From: Candidatus Hydrothermarchaeales archaeon
GTDB taxonomy: Archaea > Hydrothermarchaeota > Hydrothermarchaeia > Hydrothermarchaeales > JAZGAD01
DNA length: 44,800 nt
Direction: 5' to 3'
Assembly: GCA_036444275.1 (NCBI GenBank)
Contig: JAZGAD010000043.1
Coordinates: 1-44,800 of the forward strand
Part shown: one piece after another, positions 9,536 through 20,400 of the stretch
Numbering within the stretch: the stretch's first letter is position 1
Layout of the letters: every line of letters begins with the position of its first letter
Translations under genes and position numbers: made by a program
The notes under the pieces: model-generated
What the model was told of the DNA's origin: nothing
Database searches by the model: none
Seen by the model: only the letters and a program-made list of their open reading frames with translations

Positions 9536-10336
9536 TTAGAGCCTCACTGCTACGCCTTTCTCCTTTAGATAAGCCTTGATGTCCCTGACGTCGTATTCCC
9601 TGTAGTGGAATATGGATGCAGCTAGAGCAGCGTCTGCATTACCAAAGGCAAATGCCTCGTAGATGTGCTCTAATGTGCCTGCTCCCCCAGACGCTATAAT
9701 CGGGATATTCGTCTCCTCTGATATTTTCTTTGTCAAGGGGATATCAAAGCCCATCTTCGTTCCATCTGCATCCATGCTGGTCAGCATAATCTCGCCTGCA
9801 CCCAGCTCTTCAACGCGCTTCGCCCATGCGATTGCATCTACGCCTGTAGACTTCCTTCCACCATATATGTAAACATCGAACCAGCACCTGCCCTCCTTTG
9901 TATCGAGTGTTATCCTGTCCTTTCTATCCTCGTAGACCCTCTTCGCATCTATAGCCGAGACCATACACTGCGACCCAAACTTCCCAGCTCCCTCGGTAAT
10001 GATCTTCGGATTCTTTATTGCTGCTGTATTGATTGTGACCTTATCTGCGCCTGCCTTTAGAATCCTCCTTATGTCGTCAACTGTGCTTATCCCACCGCCG
10101 ACCGTGAGAGGTATGAATACTTGATCAGCTGTAGCTTCAACGACATGCAGCATGGTCTTTCTTCCTTCTGGTGAGGCGCTTATATCCAGGTAGACGAGTT
10201 CGTCCCCACCCTGCTCGTCGTACATCTTTGCCAGTTCCACTGGGTCGCCTGCGTCGCGCAGGTTCTTGAAGTGAATCCCCTTTACTACTCTCCCATCCTT
10301 CACGTCCAGGCAAGGGATAATACGTTTTGTAAGCAT
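9536..10336 (-). CDS. hisF: Imidazole glycerol phosphate synthase cyclase subunit
   Basis: [51 protein letters not shown]. Confidence 0.99.
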   Translation of the reverse strand: MLTKRIIPCLDVKDGRVVKGIHFKNLRDAGDPVELAKMYDEQGGDELVYLDISASPEGRKTMLHVVEATADQVFIPLTVGGGISTVDDIRRILKAGADKVTINTAAIKNPKIITEGAGKFGSQCMVSAIDAKRVYEDRKDRITLDTKEGRCWFDVYIYGGRKSTGVDAIAWAKRVEELGAGEIMLTSMDADGTKMGFDIPLTKKISEETNIPIIASGGAGTLEHIYEAFAFGNADAALAASIFHYREYDVRDIKAYLKEKGVAVRL

Positions 10337-10399
10337 AGTGGTTAATTGATGGAAGGGATATATATTTAAATTTGAAGAGATTAAATTTAGCCGGTAGTT

Positions 10400-11875
10400 A
10401 TGGCAAACGTAGTAGAGTCCGGAGATGGTTTTGAGATTGTAGAAGAGAACGGTGAGCTACTATATAATGTAAAGCAGGTTAAGTTCTCTGGGGGTGAGAA
10501 GGCGTTCCTCAAGGATGTTGAGGACAGGGCAATAAGGGACATAGACATAACTCCGACAGGCGCCGAGGATAAGTCAATGAGGGATGCTCTACTCAGCTCA
10601 TTGATTAAGATGATAGATGAGCTCGTAACCTTGAAGGGGAAGGAGGCAACGGGCTCCCTGAGCGATGAAAAGAAGCTTGCCATGGCTGAGCTCATAGCCA
10701 ACAACATGCTGGGCTACGGCGCCATCGATCCACTGCTCCAGGACGACGATCTTGAAGAGGTCATGATCATAGGTATTAATGTTCCAGTATACATTGCCCA
10801 TAGAAAGCACGGCACCTTACCTACCAACATCGTATTCGAAGAGGATACAGACATACAACGCATCATTGAGAGGATAGGCCGACACAGCGGCAGGAAAATA
10901 GATCTTGCGAACCCGCTTCTCGATGCCAGACTACCTGACGGCTCCCGGGTAAATGCCACACTTAGGCCAGCTTCCCTCGACGGTTCTACTGTAACCATCC
11001 GGAAGTTCCAAGCCGAGGCCTTAACCATAATTAATATCATTAAATTTGGGACGATGGGCTCGGAGGTCGGGGCATTCCTCTGGCTCGCAGTGGATGGATT
11101 CGGTGTGAAGCCGAGCAATATCATTGTATCGGGTGGCACAGGCTCTGGCAAGACCACGACGCTGAACTGTCTGGGCCTATTCGTGCCGAAAAAGGATCGG
11201 GTAATCACCATCGAGGACACTGCCGAGCTCCAGCTTCCATTGCAGCACAAGATAAGGCTCGAGACAAAACCTCCGAACCCAGAGGGAAAGGGAGCCTTGA
11301 CGTTCAACCAATTGCTCATCAATACCCTGAGGATGCGTCCAGATAGGCTCATCCTTGGTGAGGTGCGAGGGGAGGAGGCGGCGACCCTCTTCGTTGCCAT
11401 GAACACTGGTCACGACGGATGCATGGGCACAGTGCACGCGAACAGCGCTGATGAGACAATAACCAGATTGATAAATGCACCTATGAATGTGCCCATCATC
11501 ATGATGCCGGCTCTGGACCTCATCTTAATGCAGAACAGGATAACTGTGGGCGGCAAGGTTAAGAGGCGGATAACGGAGATAGCCGAGGTCTCGGGCGTAG
11601 AGATGGATAAGGTGCTATTGAACAGGGTATACACTCATGATCCGAAGACCGATGTCGTGAAGTCCACAGGCGTGCCTAGCAGGCTCATGCAGGATATAGC
11701 CGAGAAGGCCGGAGTGACTGTTAAGGATGTACATACTGAGTTGGAGAAGCGGCAGATACTCTTGGATTACTTGATCAGCAAGGATATAACAAAGCTTGAG
11801 GATGTCTACGGATGGGTGCAGGACTATTACTTAGACCCAGACAAAATTCTGGATAAGATATCGAAGGGCGTTTAA
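10400..11875 (+). CDS. CpaF/VirB11-family (type IV pilus/Tad) assembly ATPase
   Basis: [61 protein letters not shown]. Confidence 0.95.
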   Translation: MANVVESGDGFEIVEENGELLYNVKQVKFSGGEKAFLKDVEDRAIRDIDITPTGAEDKSMRDALLSSLIKMIDELVTLKGKEATGSLSDEKKLAMAELIANNMLGYGAIDPLLQDDDLEEVMIIGINVPVYIAHRKHGTLPTNIVFEEDTDIQRIIERIGRHSGRKIDLANPLLDARLPDGSRVNATLRPASLDGSTVTIRKFQAEALTIINIIKFGTMGSEVGAFLWLAVDGFGVKPSNIIVSGGTGSGKTTTLNCLGLFVPKKDRVITIEDTAELQLPLQHKIRLETKPPNPEGKGALTFNQLLINTLRMRPDRLILGEVRGEEAATLFVAMNTGHDGCMGTVHANSADETITRLINAPMNVPIIMMPALDLILMQNRITVGGKVKRRITEIAEVSGVEMDKVLLNRVYTHDPKTDVVKSTGVPSRLMQDIAEKAGVTVKDVHTELEKRQILLDYLISKDITKLEDVYGWVQDYYLDPDKILDKISKGV

Positions 11876-11881
11876 TTTAAT

Positions 11882-12649
11882 TTAGAACTCCCTGTATAGG
11901 TCTTCTGTCGGGTAGACGTTTATACCCGTTGCACCTATGTCAATGAGGCAGATCTTTTGGCTGTGCTTGGTGCCCCTCATCTTAACTATCTCCAGGCCTC
12001 TCACCCGCTCGCTTCCCTTCTTAATGTTGTACAAGGCGATGACACCTTGGCACATGAACTCCTCCACCCCGAAGCGCGATATGCCTCCCTGTCCCTCAGG
12101 CATTTCAGTGAGCAATAGGGACGTGCATCCAAGCTCGTTGAGGAGGTTGCTCAAGCCGAGCACTTCTTGACGGATCTCGTAGATGTCCTCCATCTGGAGC
12201 GACAGAGATGCAAGGGAGTCGATAACCAATCGCTTGGCATTAAGGCTCTCCACCTCTCTAGTTATTATGTCCCTCACGAGGTCTACAGAGAACTTTCGGG
12301 GTGTGAACTCAAGGAGGTTGCTATCCTTTTGTTTCTCTAGATCTTCTGGTGAGATGTATTTCGTACCCTGGGCTATGCTCGCCTTCTGAGGTATCATCCC
12401 TATTATCTTGATCTTGCTCATGTCCCAGCCATACCCTGAGAAGTTCCGCACAATGTCGCGGGGGCGTTCCTCTAGGGTAATGTATATGCCGTTCTCGTTG
12501 TAGTCTGTGAATCCCTTGTAGAGGTATTGCATGGCAAAGGTGCTCTTTCCGGCGCCCGGTCCGCCAGCCACCAGTATCGTGTAACCTTTGGGTATCCCAC
12601 CATCGAGCATCTCGTCGAAGCCAGCTATTCCAGTTAACGTCTTCTCCAT
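11882..12649 (-). CDS. Single-domain KaiC/RAD55-family ATPase
   Basis: TGIAGFDEMLDGGIP, GGPGAGKS, TLEE, VIDS, GVEEF, KMRGT. Confidence 0.93.
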   Translation of the reverse strand: MEKTLTGIAGFDEMLDGGIPKGYTILVAGGPGAGKSTFAMQYLYKGFTDYNENGIYITLEERPRDIVRNFSGYGWDMSKIKIIGMIPQKASIAQGTKYISPEDLEKQKDSNLLEFTPRKFSVDLVRDIITREVESLNAKRLVIDSLASLSLQMEDIYEIRQEVLGLSNLLNELGCTSLLLTEMPEGQGGISRFGVEEFMCQGVIALYNIKKGSERVRGLEIVKMRGTKHSQKICLIDIGATGINVYPTEDLYREF

Positions 12650-12664
12650 AATATCCTCCTCGAT

Positions 12665-15343
12665 TCAGCGTATCACTAGCTTGGCTACCAACGGCTTTGT
12701 GGCTGCCATTTGGTTATATATAGTATCCTCCTTGCTTTTAAATTCTTCCAAACCCTCATTGGCCAATGCCAGGACCTCGTCTTTGGGCTGGTTCTTGGCT
12801 GCGTCGTACCAATCATCGACGAGAGTGATCACATAGGCGAATCTCTTGACTTTCCATTTATGGGCATCGAGCACGCCTTCCTTGGGGCATTCAAGGCTGT
12901 ACCTCTTGCAGATCTCTGCCATTGACTCCTTGTAGCCCTGTATGGTTGCATAGTCGCGCACGTCATAGAAGAATGCCTCTCTGTTCACAGGCTCGGCTGT
13001 AAATGCTATAGCTTTCTCTGGCCTCTCAACGAGGATGAGAAATTGTGTGGCAACCTGGGCCCCTGCAGCGCCCAGTGAGTCGTCGAACCTGAACTTGCCT
13101 TGGGGCAGGCTGAATATAATGCCCCCGCCTAGCTTGTTGCCTACAACGATGTGGTCTGGGAACATTTTAGAGAAATCTGCGCTCCCGACATGCCACGCCT
13201 TCCTTATGCCACCTATCGTCTGCACTTGGTTCCACTCCACGTTGATAGCTTTGTTCAAACTCTCTACGTCCCCGCCCACGGCAACGCCGGAGTCGTAGTC
13301 GCCTCTAAGCACCCAGTCCTTTACGATCTCGTCTGGGTTTCTGAAGTTTATCGGCTGGGCATAGCCCTGCATTTGGAGATTGTTCACCTCAATGGCGTCT
13401 ATAAAATAAGGCTTGTCGGCAAAGATGCCGAAGAACTCCTCTCCTTCTACGTCGTAACCCTGCTTGCGGTCAGCAGTCTGGAAATCCCAACCCTCTGTAC
13501 CTAGAAGGAGGAAGCCCGTTTCCTCGTCAGCTATGATTATATGGTGCTCTAATCCGTTCTCGTCGTGGATTGCCATGCTGGAGAAGGGCACTAAATTCTC
13601 AGCGTCGTGATCGGCGTATCCGAGGGTCGAGCCGGTGAGCCAGTCGGTCTTGCTATCCACCCGGTCGTTGAATACCAAAAGGTCGTGGTCGTTGAGCTTG
13701 TCGTACAGGCGATAGTAGGAGCGGTCGAGGTTCAGATCGATTTTGTAATAGGGGTTCTCTATGATAAGCCAGCCCTTTTTTGGTGCCTTGGAATCGATCC
13801 TATTTTTCACATCTATAAACGCCTCGACTCCCTTGCCGCCCACATCCACGGTCTTAGAGAGTTTGAGGGAGTAAACATCCGTAGTTTCAGCCTCCGCGGC
13901 CCCGGCTCCTGCTCCGGCTCCTGCGCCCCCTCTCAAGAAGAAAAAACCGACTGCCGCAATGAGCAATACTAAGACCCCCATGATGGCATACTTCGACACA
14001 CCAACCTTTTTGACGACAACCTCCTCTGACACTGCAGTCGCAGCTGCGGCTACGGTTGCGGTTGCAGCGGCTTCGGCCTCGGCTAATGCTCTCTCTTCGC
14101 CTAATATCTTGAATCCCCTCTCGATATCGAAGAGGTACCATGTAGGCGTCGTCTTCATGCCCTTAGCGTGTTTCACTCTGAATTTGCGCTTGAGTGGCGG
14201 CCCCTCTTCGAATTCCATTTCTAGAACTGCATCTGCCATGGCGCGCAGGGCCATCACGGTCTGTTCGTCATGCATTTCCTCTTGCAGGGTGTAGAGCACG
14301 AAGCCGTACTCAGTCTTAGCCCTCGAGGATAGTACCCCTACGAACTTCTTTATTTCGCCAACAGGTGCATGGAGGAAGAGAGTTGAGAGAGAATCAAAGA
14401 ATATCCGCATGGGCTTGCCGATCATGCCCGCCGCTTTGGCAAGGTGGATATTTATCAGGTTGAGGTTGGCTGGGTTGTCGATGTGTAAGCCCTTATCGTA
14501 TTTCATGCCCGTGGAGTAGGAGTAAATATCTATGAAGAGGAATTGGCTCGCCTCATAGGTGTCGAGGTCAAATCCATCCTCCCTCAGCTTATCCTTGATC
14601 TCCTGGGGGCTCCGCTCAGTGGTTATGTAGACGATGCTCTCCCCCTTTTTGAGATACTCCTTCATTAGGTTCAAGCAGTATTCGTATTTTCCAACTCCGG
14701 GGGGGCCGGTGAGAAGGGCGGTATAGTTCTTAGGGAAAGGTATTTTCAATGTTACTGCCTTTGCCGGGGCTTTCTTTTTTCCAACGGGTTTTTCGACCAC
14801 GTCGACCTCTTCTTCTGGCGGAGGAAGGGCCGTTTTCTTTTCCCTAGCTTGTTCTTTGGCAGCAGTATACATCATCTCATATGTAGCGTTTCCGGGATCC
14901 AGCTTCAAGGCAGTATCAAAGCTTTCAACAGCCTTATCGAATTCTTCCAGAAGACCCAGCACCATTCCTTTATGGTACCACAGCTCGCCATTCTTAGGAT
15001 CTATTCCCAAGGATTTGTCGAAACCCTCGATAGACGCCCTTACTTTCTCATTGTCGTCAATAGCAATACCCCAATCCTTCAAGGCTAAAGCCTTGTGAAA
15101 CCACGCTTTAGGGTTTCTTGGTTCAAGCTTCAAGGCTTCGTCAAAACTCACTACAGCCTTATCGAATTTCTTTGAATTGTAGAATTCGTTCCCTTCTGCG
15201 ATTAAGGAGTCTGCGGTTTTTTCTGCCGCTTTGGGAGCCTCTTCTGGGACTTTCGTCTCAGTGGCTTCGATTTTTGAGCCGCATGTCAAACAAAATGGAG
15301 CACCTTCAGGAACTTCTTCTTTGCATTCTGGGCACTTCGCCAT
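12665..15343 (-). CDS. Membrane-anchored Zn ribbon-TPR-KaiC/RAD55-like ATPase with large C-terminal external domain
   Basis: CPEC..FCLTCG ribbon, about three TPRs, GPPGVGKY/TTE/IFFDS ATPase-like domain, TM YAIMGVLVLLIAAVGFFFL, then ~400 aa soluble domain. ATG 15343 with GGTGG RBS is preferred over 15379. Confidence 0.85.
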   Translation of the reverse strand: MAKCPECKEEVPEGAPFCLTCGSKIEATETKVPEEAPKAAEKTADSLIAEGNEFYNSKKFDKAVVSFDEALKLEPRNPKAWFHKALALKDWGIAIDDNEKVRASIEGFDKSLGIDPKNGELWYHKGMVLGLLEEFDKAVESFDTALKLDPGNATYEMMYTAAKEQAREKKTALPPPEEEVDVVEKPVGKKKAPAKAVTLKIPFPKNYTALLTGPPGVGKYEYCLNLMKEYLKKGESIVYITTERSPQEIKDKLREDGFDLDTYEASQFLFIDIYSYSTGMKYDKGLHIDNPANLNLINIHLAKAAGMIGKPMRIFFDSLSTLFLHAPVGEIKKFVGVLSSRAKTEYGFVLYTLQEEMHDEQTVMALRAMADAVLEMEFEEGPPLKRKFRVKHAKGMKTTPTWYLFDIERGFKILGEERALAEAEAAATATVAAAATAVSEEVVVKKVGVSKYAIMGVLVLLIAAVGFFFLRGGAGAGAGAGAAEAETTDVYSLKLSKTVDVGGKGVEAFIDVKNRIDSKAPKKGWLIIENPYYKIDLNLDRSYYRLYDKLNDHDLLVFNDRVDSKTDWLTGSTLGYADHDAENLVPFSSMAIHDENGLEHHIIIADEETGFLLLGTEGWDFQTADRKQGYDVEGEEFFGIFADKPYFIDAIEVNNLQMQGYAQPINFRNPDEIVKDWVLRGDYDSGVAVGGDVESLNKAINVEWNQVQTIGGIRKAWHVGSADFSKMFPDHIVVGNKLGGGIIFSLPQGKFRFDDSLGAAGAQVATQFLILVERPEKAIAFTAEPVNREAFFYDVRDYATIQGYKESMAEICKRYSLECPKEGVLDAHKWKVKRFAYVITLVDDWYDAAKNQPKDEVLALANEGLEEFKSKEDTIYNQMAATKPLVAKLVIR

Positions 15344-15458
15344 AATAATACCACCGTTATTGTTGTTTTGGGGGTCCATATTTATATAAGTTTTATTAAA
15401 GAATAAGAGAGTAAGAATAGGAAAAAATTAAATTAAAAAAAGAATGAGGAGCCGGTAT

Positions 15459-16244
15459 ATGGGTGAGTCGATTGTGGTGGCCTCTGGAAAAGGCGGCGTA
15501 GGCAAGACAAACATTTCCATCAATCTTGGAGCTGCTATGGCTCAACTCGGCAAAAGGGTTACCGTTCTAGATGCCGATATTGAGATGGCCAATGTGGAGC
15601 TGCGCCTTAGATTGGAGAAGGGGGGTAAGAGTCTCCACGATGTGCTGGCAGGGAATGCAGACATATTCGATGCGGTTTACGACGGCCCAGCTGGATTGAA
15701 GGTTGTGCCATGTGGGACATCCTTAGAAGGCCTCAGAGCCGCTGACCCGAGTAAGCTGGGTGAGGTTTTGGGTGAGTTATTGAAGACGACGGATATCCTT
15801 GTTATCGATGCCCCAGCGGGCTTAGGAACTTCTATGGGGGCGATGGCGGTAGCTCATGAGATGCTTATAGTAGTTAACCCCGAGATCGCGTCCATTGCAG
15901 ATGCCATGAAAGTGAAGCAGGTCTTCCAGGAGTTGGATGGCCACTTACTCGGGATAGTGGTGAATAGGGCCACTTACCACGAAGAGGACTTGAAGATCCA
16001 CGAGATCGAGGCGCTTCTAGATGCCGAGGTCATCTCTGTCGTACCTGAAGATAGGGCCATGAAGCAAGCTGCGGCCTACGGAAGCCCATTGGTTATATCG
16101 GCTCCATATTCCCCAGCGGCCAGGGCGATCAAAAAACTAGCTGAAAATATAATCACCAATGAATTCGGCCCGAAGGAGCCTCCAAAAGAGGACATGGTTA
16201 GCAGGATCATATTCGGCTTATTCGGGGGAAGGAGCAAGACTTAA
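15459..16244 (+). CDS. minD: Archaeal MinD-family ATPase
   Basis: SGKGGVGKT deviant Walker A, LDADIEMAN, IDAPAG, C-terminal amphipathic MVSRIIFGLF. ATG 15459 follows a GAGGAG RBS. Confidence 0.88.
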   Translation: MGESIVVASGKGGVGKTNISINLGAAMAQLGKRVTVLDADIEMANVELRLRLEKGGKSLHDVLAGNADIFDAVYDGPAGLKVVPCGTSLEGLRAADPSKLGEVLGELLKTTDILVIDAPAGLGTSMGAMAVAHEMLIVVNPEIASIADAMKVKQVFQELDGHLLGIVVNRATYHEEDLKIHEIEALLDAEVISVVPEDRAMKQAAAYGSPLVISAPYSPAARAIKKLAENIITNEFGPKEPPKEDMVSRIIFGLFGGRSKT

Positions 16245-16245
16245 T

Positions 16246-17256
16246 TCAGCCTTCGTAAAATTTACCCATGATGTTTTGGAGTTCGTCCTTCTCAAGCTCC
16301 CGGACCTTGTACTTTTCCATCAACTTCTTCCGCATCGCATCCCTTTCGGCCTTGAGTTCAGAGGAGGCATCTTTGATGCTCGCCGCTTCTTGTGGAGTTA
16401 TCTCCCCGCGGGCGATGCCTTCCTGCACCTTTAAAACGCTGGTCAAGACATCGTCGGGCATTATATAGCGCTTGTCGCCCCTGTTATCAACAGTCTCTAT
16501 CATTACATTTTTGTCAAGGAACATTTTCTCGGTTTCCAGAATCTTGTTTCGCTGCTCCTCTTGGGGGTATCTCTGATTTATCGTGTTAATCGAAATAGAT
16601 CCACTTCCCTGTTTGACTAGGTCTACGATTTCTGATATCGAGGAATCTTTCATGCTTAGAGCGCTGATTATAGCCTGCTCATTCAACATGCTGCTGATTA
16701 CTTCATTCCTCATTATCATCCTTACATGCTGAGGTACTGTACATTTTATTCCATCAGTAGAAACCACGTTTTTCTTGACCAGTTCTCCGAGGGATTGATC
16801 GAATCCGGTACCGTAAGCGGCTTTCAGGGCCTCGATTTCACCGGTTTCGCTGAACAGAATCATCTTGAGAAGCCGCAGTGTGTTCTCTGGCGCGGTCTGG
16901 AGGAATACTGAGATATGGTTGATGTCGATGGCCCTTTCAACGAGGGTGGCGTCAGGGTTCTTCACAAAGATGCTGAAGAGATTCCCTTCACTGTACTTGT
17001 AGAATTCAATCCGCGATACCTTATTCACCATTTCAGGGACCTTATCAATTACTCCCCTGCCATATTCAGGTAGTCCGAACTTCAGGGCAAGGATGGCGCC
17101 CACGGGTTTGCCGTCCCTCCAGAGGACGTGGACTGTTTTCAGGTTGAAGACGAAGTCCAATCTTCCAGTCAGATGTCCCTTCTGTATGTGATCTACGGCG
17201 TGTTTTGGGCTGTTGAATACTTGATCCAATTTAGAACCTGAGGGCAGGTTAAGCAT
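16246..17256 (-). CDS. DUF2226-like protein
   Basis: N-terminal LNLPSG...LTG.L...VLWRDGKPVGA...IEFYKYSE...NPDA and C-terminal RKKLMEKYKVRELEKDELQNIM recall DUF2226 proteins; recognised by eye only. Confidence 0.55.
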   Translation of the reverse strand: MLNLPSGSKLDQVFNSPKHAVDHIQKGHLTGRLDFVFNLKTVHVLWRDGKPVGAILALKFGLPEYGRGVIDKVPEMVNKVSRIEFYKYSEGNLFSIFVKNPDATLVERAIDINHISVFLQTAPENTLRLLKMILFSETGEIEALKAAYGTGFDQSLGELVKKNVVSTDGIKCTVPQHVRMIMRNEVISSMLNEQAIISALSMKDSSISEIVDLVKQGSGSISINTINQRYPQEEQRNKILETEKMFLDKNVMIETVDNRGDKRYIMPDDVLTSVLKVQEGIARGEITPQEAASIKDASSELKAERDAMRKKLMEKYKVRELEKDELQNIMGKFYEG

Positions 17257-17449
17257 CGTCCACCTCGATTAAATTATAACAAGATAGCATGATAAAAAGT
17301 TTTAGGTATTGACCCTACAATCGCTGGTGTTTTATACGCGGATGTTGCAGTGTTTTCATGTAACAAAAATTGTTTTTGGACATAAATATATATAGTAGCC
17401 AGAAATATCTAGGTTCGGAAATAGGTGGTGAAGCAGTGAGGAGGTATGT

Positions 17450-20400
17450 TTGGTGGCGAAGCTAGGGGTAGTGTTGAATTACAGTGTAGTTATCTTCGTC
17501 CTTGTGGCTTTTCTGGCTCTGGCGGGGAGCGTTAATGCTACAGTGACGAGTGGGACCCATGTAATACTACATCTCGATGGAGATGGGTTTGATTTCTCTA
17601 CAAATACTACTGTCGGGTTGGGGAGTGCGGATATTAGGTATGGCGAGATAGATCACCTCATACCCATTAGTGATAAAATAAAGGACCTAGGATCTGCTCC
17701 CTTTGAATCTTATACAACAATCGATTTAACTGGCAGTGTAGATCAGGTATGGGTTGAAGAAGCCGGACATACATACGGACTTGAGACAGCCGAGGGTCAT
17801 TTTGCGAAGGTTTATGTCGTGTATATTGATGCGTTTGAGGTTGAACTTAATTGGACTTATCAGGATGATGGCACCAATAACTTCGGTGGCGGTGAAGGCG
17901 GCGTTGCTGCTAACCTTGTAGTGAATAATACGCCCGACGATGCCTGCACAACCGGCGATGCCTACTATACAACTATAACCGCGGCAGTTGAAGCCTCGGC
18001 AAACGGAGGAAACATAACGGTCTGCCCAGGCACCTACATTGATAACGTTTTTATTTCAGGTATAACAGACCTGGACATCCTTTCTTACTCTCAAAATCCA
18101 TCTGATACAATTGTTACGGCTCTCGATCCGGCCATGCATGTTTTTGACATCACTAACGAGTTTGGGGCTGCTGGGGGCGTGAAAATCGCTGGGTTCACTG
18201 TGACAGGCGTAACCCAAGGACATGGGGAACCAGACCCCTCTGGCAGAAGCGCTTTTGCCCTCCTTGAGCAGGGTGATGCACACATTAATAATAACATCAT
18301 CACAGGCAACATGTATGGGATTGAACTGTACCAGTCCAATAACAACACTATAGAAAACAACACGGTCATCTCGAACACAGACCATGGGATCGAACTTGAC
18401 GAATCCACTGGAAATGATATTTATAACAACACGATCAGCTCGAATACAAACATTGGGATCGAACTTCACTTCAGTAATGACAATAACATTTATGACAACT
18501 TTATAACCTCAAGCACAGGCACTGGGATTCTCGTAGAGCTCGGTGGCAGTGATAACAGAATTTATAACAACCTCTTCAACAACCCCACCAACTTTGATGT
18601 CACTTCTGCTGGAATCAACAAATGGAACACTACGAATAGTTCGGGACCGAACATCGTTGGAGGTCCATATTTAGGTGGTAACGTCTGGGCTAAGCAGGAT
18701 GGCACCGGCTTAAGTCAGATCTGCGACGATGTGGATAGCGACAAGATATGTGATTCTCCCCACATACTGGAATCTGGGAACGTAGATTATCTACCACTGG
18801 CACTAGACTTCGATGGCGATGGCGTTTTAGATGGCTTTGATAAGTGTCCTAACACTCCCCAAGGGGCTGCAGTTGATGAGCGTGGATGTCCGGAAGGGTC
18901 CTATCACCTGGATGACAGTGATGGCGACGGCATGGATGATCAATTTGAGAAGGACTTCTGGTGCCTGGATCCTAACATCGCTGATGCGGACGCCGACCCT
19001 GACAACGACACCTTCTCGAACATCAAGGAGTTCTATGGCTACTCCGACCCGTGTTACGGGGGCAGCATCCCGACGGGAGGCATAGGTCCACCGCCTGAGT
19101 TCGGCATGGAAAACTTTTCGTGGTTCGGCAAGACGAACACCAACATCACCTTCAACGAGACTAACGTGACCATTAGTGTTTGGAACGGAACTCACAACCT
19201 GGTCGTTAACGGGACCTTAAACAACACACGCCTATGCAATGATACCGTCGGCGGCTCCAACTTTTACGTTTACCACTTCGAAGCAGAGATCCTCACTGCC
19301 TCAAACCAGAAGATAGGGGGAATGGGTGCCGGGATTATGAACTTTACGAATAAAAACAAGTCCATCTCGGAAGGCACAGACATCCTCGTGGCCTCGCCCA
19401 TGGGCCCAGGGGCACAACTTGCGTTTACGCCGTATGGCTCCATGCTGGGGATAGATCCGTCTTTCAATGGTAGCATTACAATAGATGTTTCCTCCATACC
19501 TCTAGCTCCAACGGAACCGGGTGAGAAGAATTGCACCAAAGTGGGCGATTTCAACATCACCAGTGGAAACCTTACGGGCTTCACCAATATAATAGCGGGG
19601 GGCCTCGGGTTCAACTTCTTTGGTAAGGGATTTAAATTCGGCGGCAATATGTCTTTCGACCCCAACCTAAGCATTGATGAAAGGAAAAAAATGGAGAATT
19701 GGAATACGAGTATCGTGTTCGGTGACAACGTGAACTTCGTCGGAATACCCGATTATATGCCGTTTGGCGCTATAATCCCCAATGGCTCAACCATAGGGGC
19801 CATGAAATACTTCGGCAAGATAACAGGCGGGTACGGCGGCTTCTTCGATGGCGATTTCATAGGAGACGATATCCACTTCGAACCGTTTGTCACGATGTAT
19901 AATGGCTCGAGGATATTCAACGACGTCAGAGTCGGTCAGAATGCGACTATCGGGAACTTTACAGAGATAGGCAACTTCACAGAGATCGGTCCCCTCGTCG
20001 AGTTCGACCAATTCGTCCGTGTCGGCATGTTTGCGGATATAATGGCGGGCGCCAAGATCAAGGAAAACGCGTCCATCGGTTTTGGAGCGTTAATAGGGAA
20101 CAACTCCTTTGTTGGAAAGCTCGTCAATATAATGGATAATGCGACCATTGGCAAGTCGGTCAGGATCTACGACGACGCGAACGTCGGCAAGTACACCATC
20201 ATCGAGAACTTCGCAGAGATATTCAACAACTCTATACTCGGCGAAAACGTCACTATCGGGCAGTATGCGAAGATCCGACGGGATGCGAAGATCTGGGACG
20301 GCTCTATCGTTGGCAACAAGTCCAGTGTGGGTGAAGGCTCGGAGGTATATGAGAGCAGGCTCTATGACTACGTGTCCATCGGCCCGAACATTATCTTGAA

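Noticed and set aside
9860-9945. Insertion in HisF ([20 protein letters not shown]) as an intein or novel element
   Set aside because: It is a short in-frame loop without intein splice motifs; similar loops are familiar from euryarchaeal HisF.
11882-12649. Circadian clock kaiC or archaellum flaH/flaI locus
   Set aside because: Single domain, no CII phosphosites, no kaiA/kaiB, and no archaellins or flaJ in the window.
15459-16244. Bacterial-type MinCDE division-site system
   Set aside because: No minC, minE or ftsZ nearby; archaeal MinD homologues studied so far are not division regulators.
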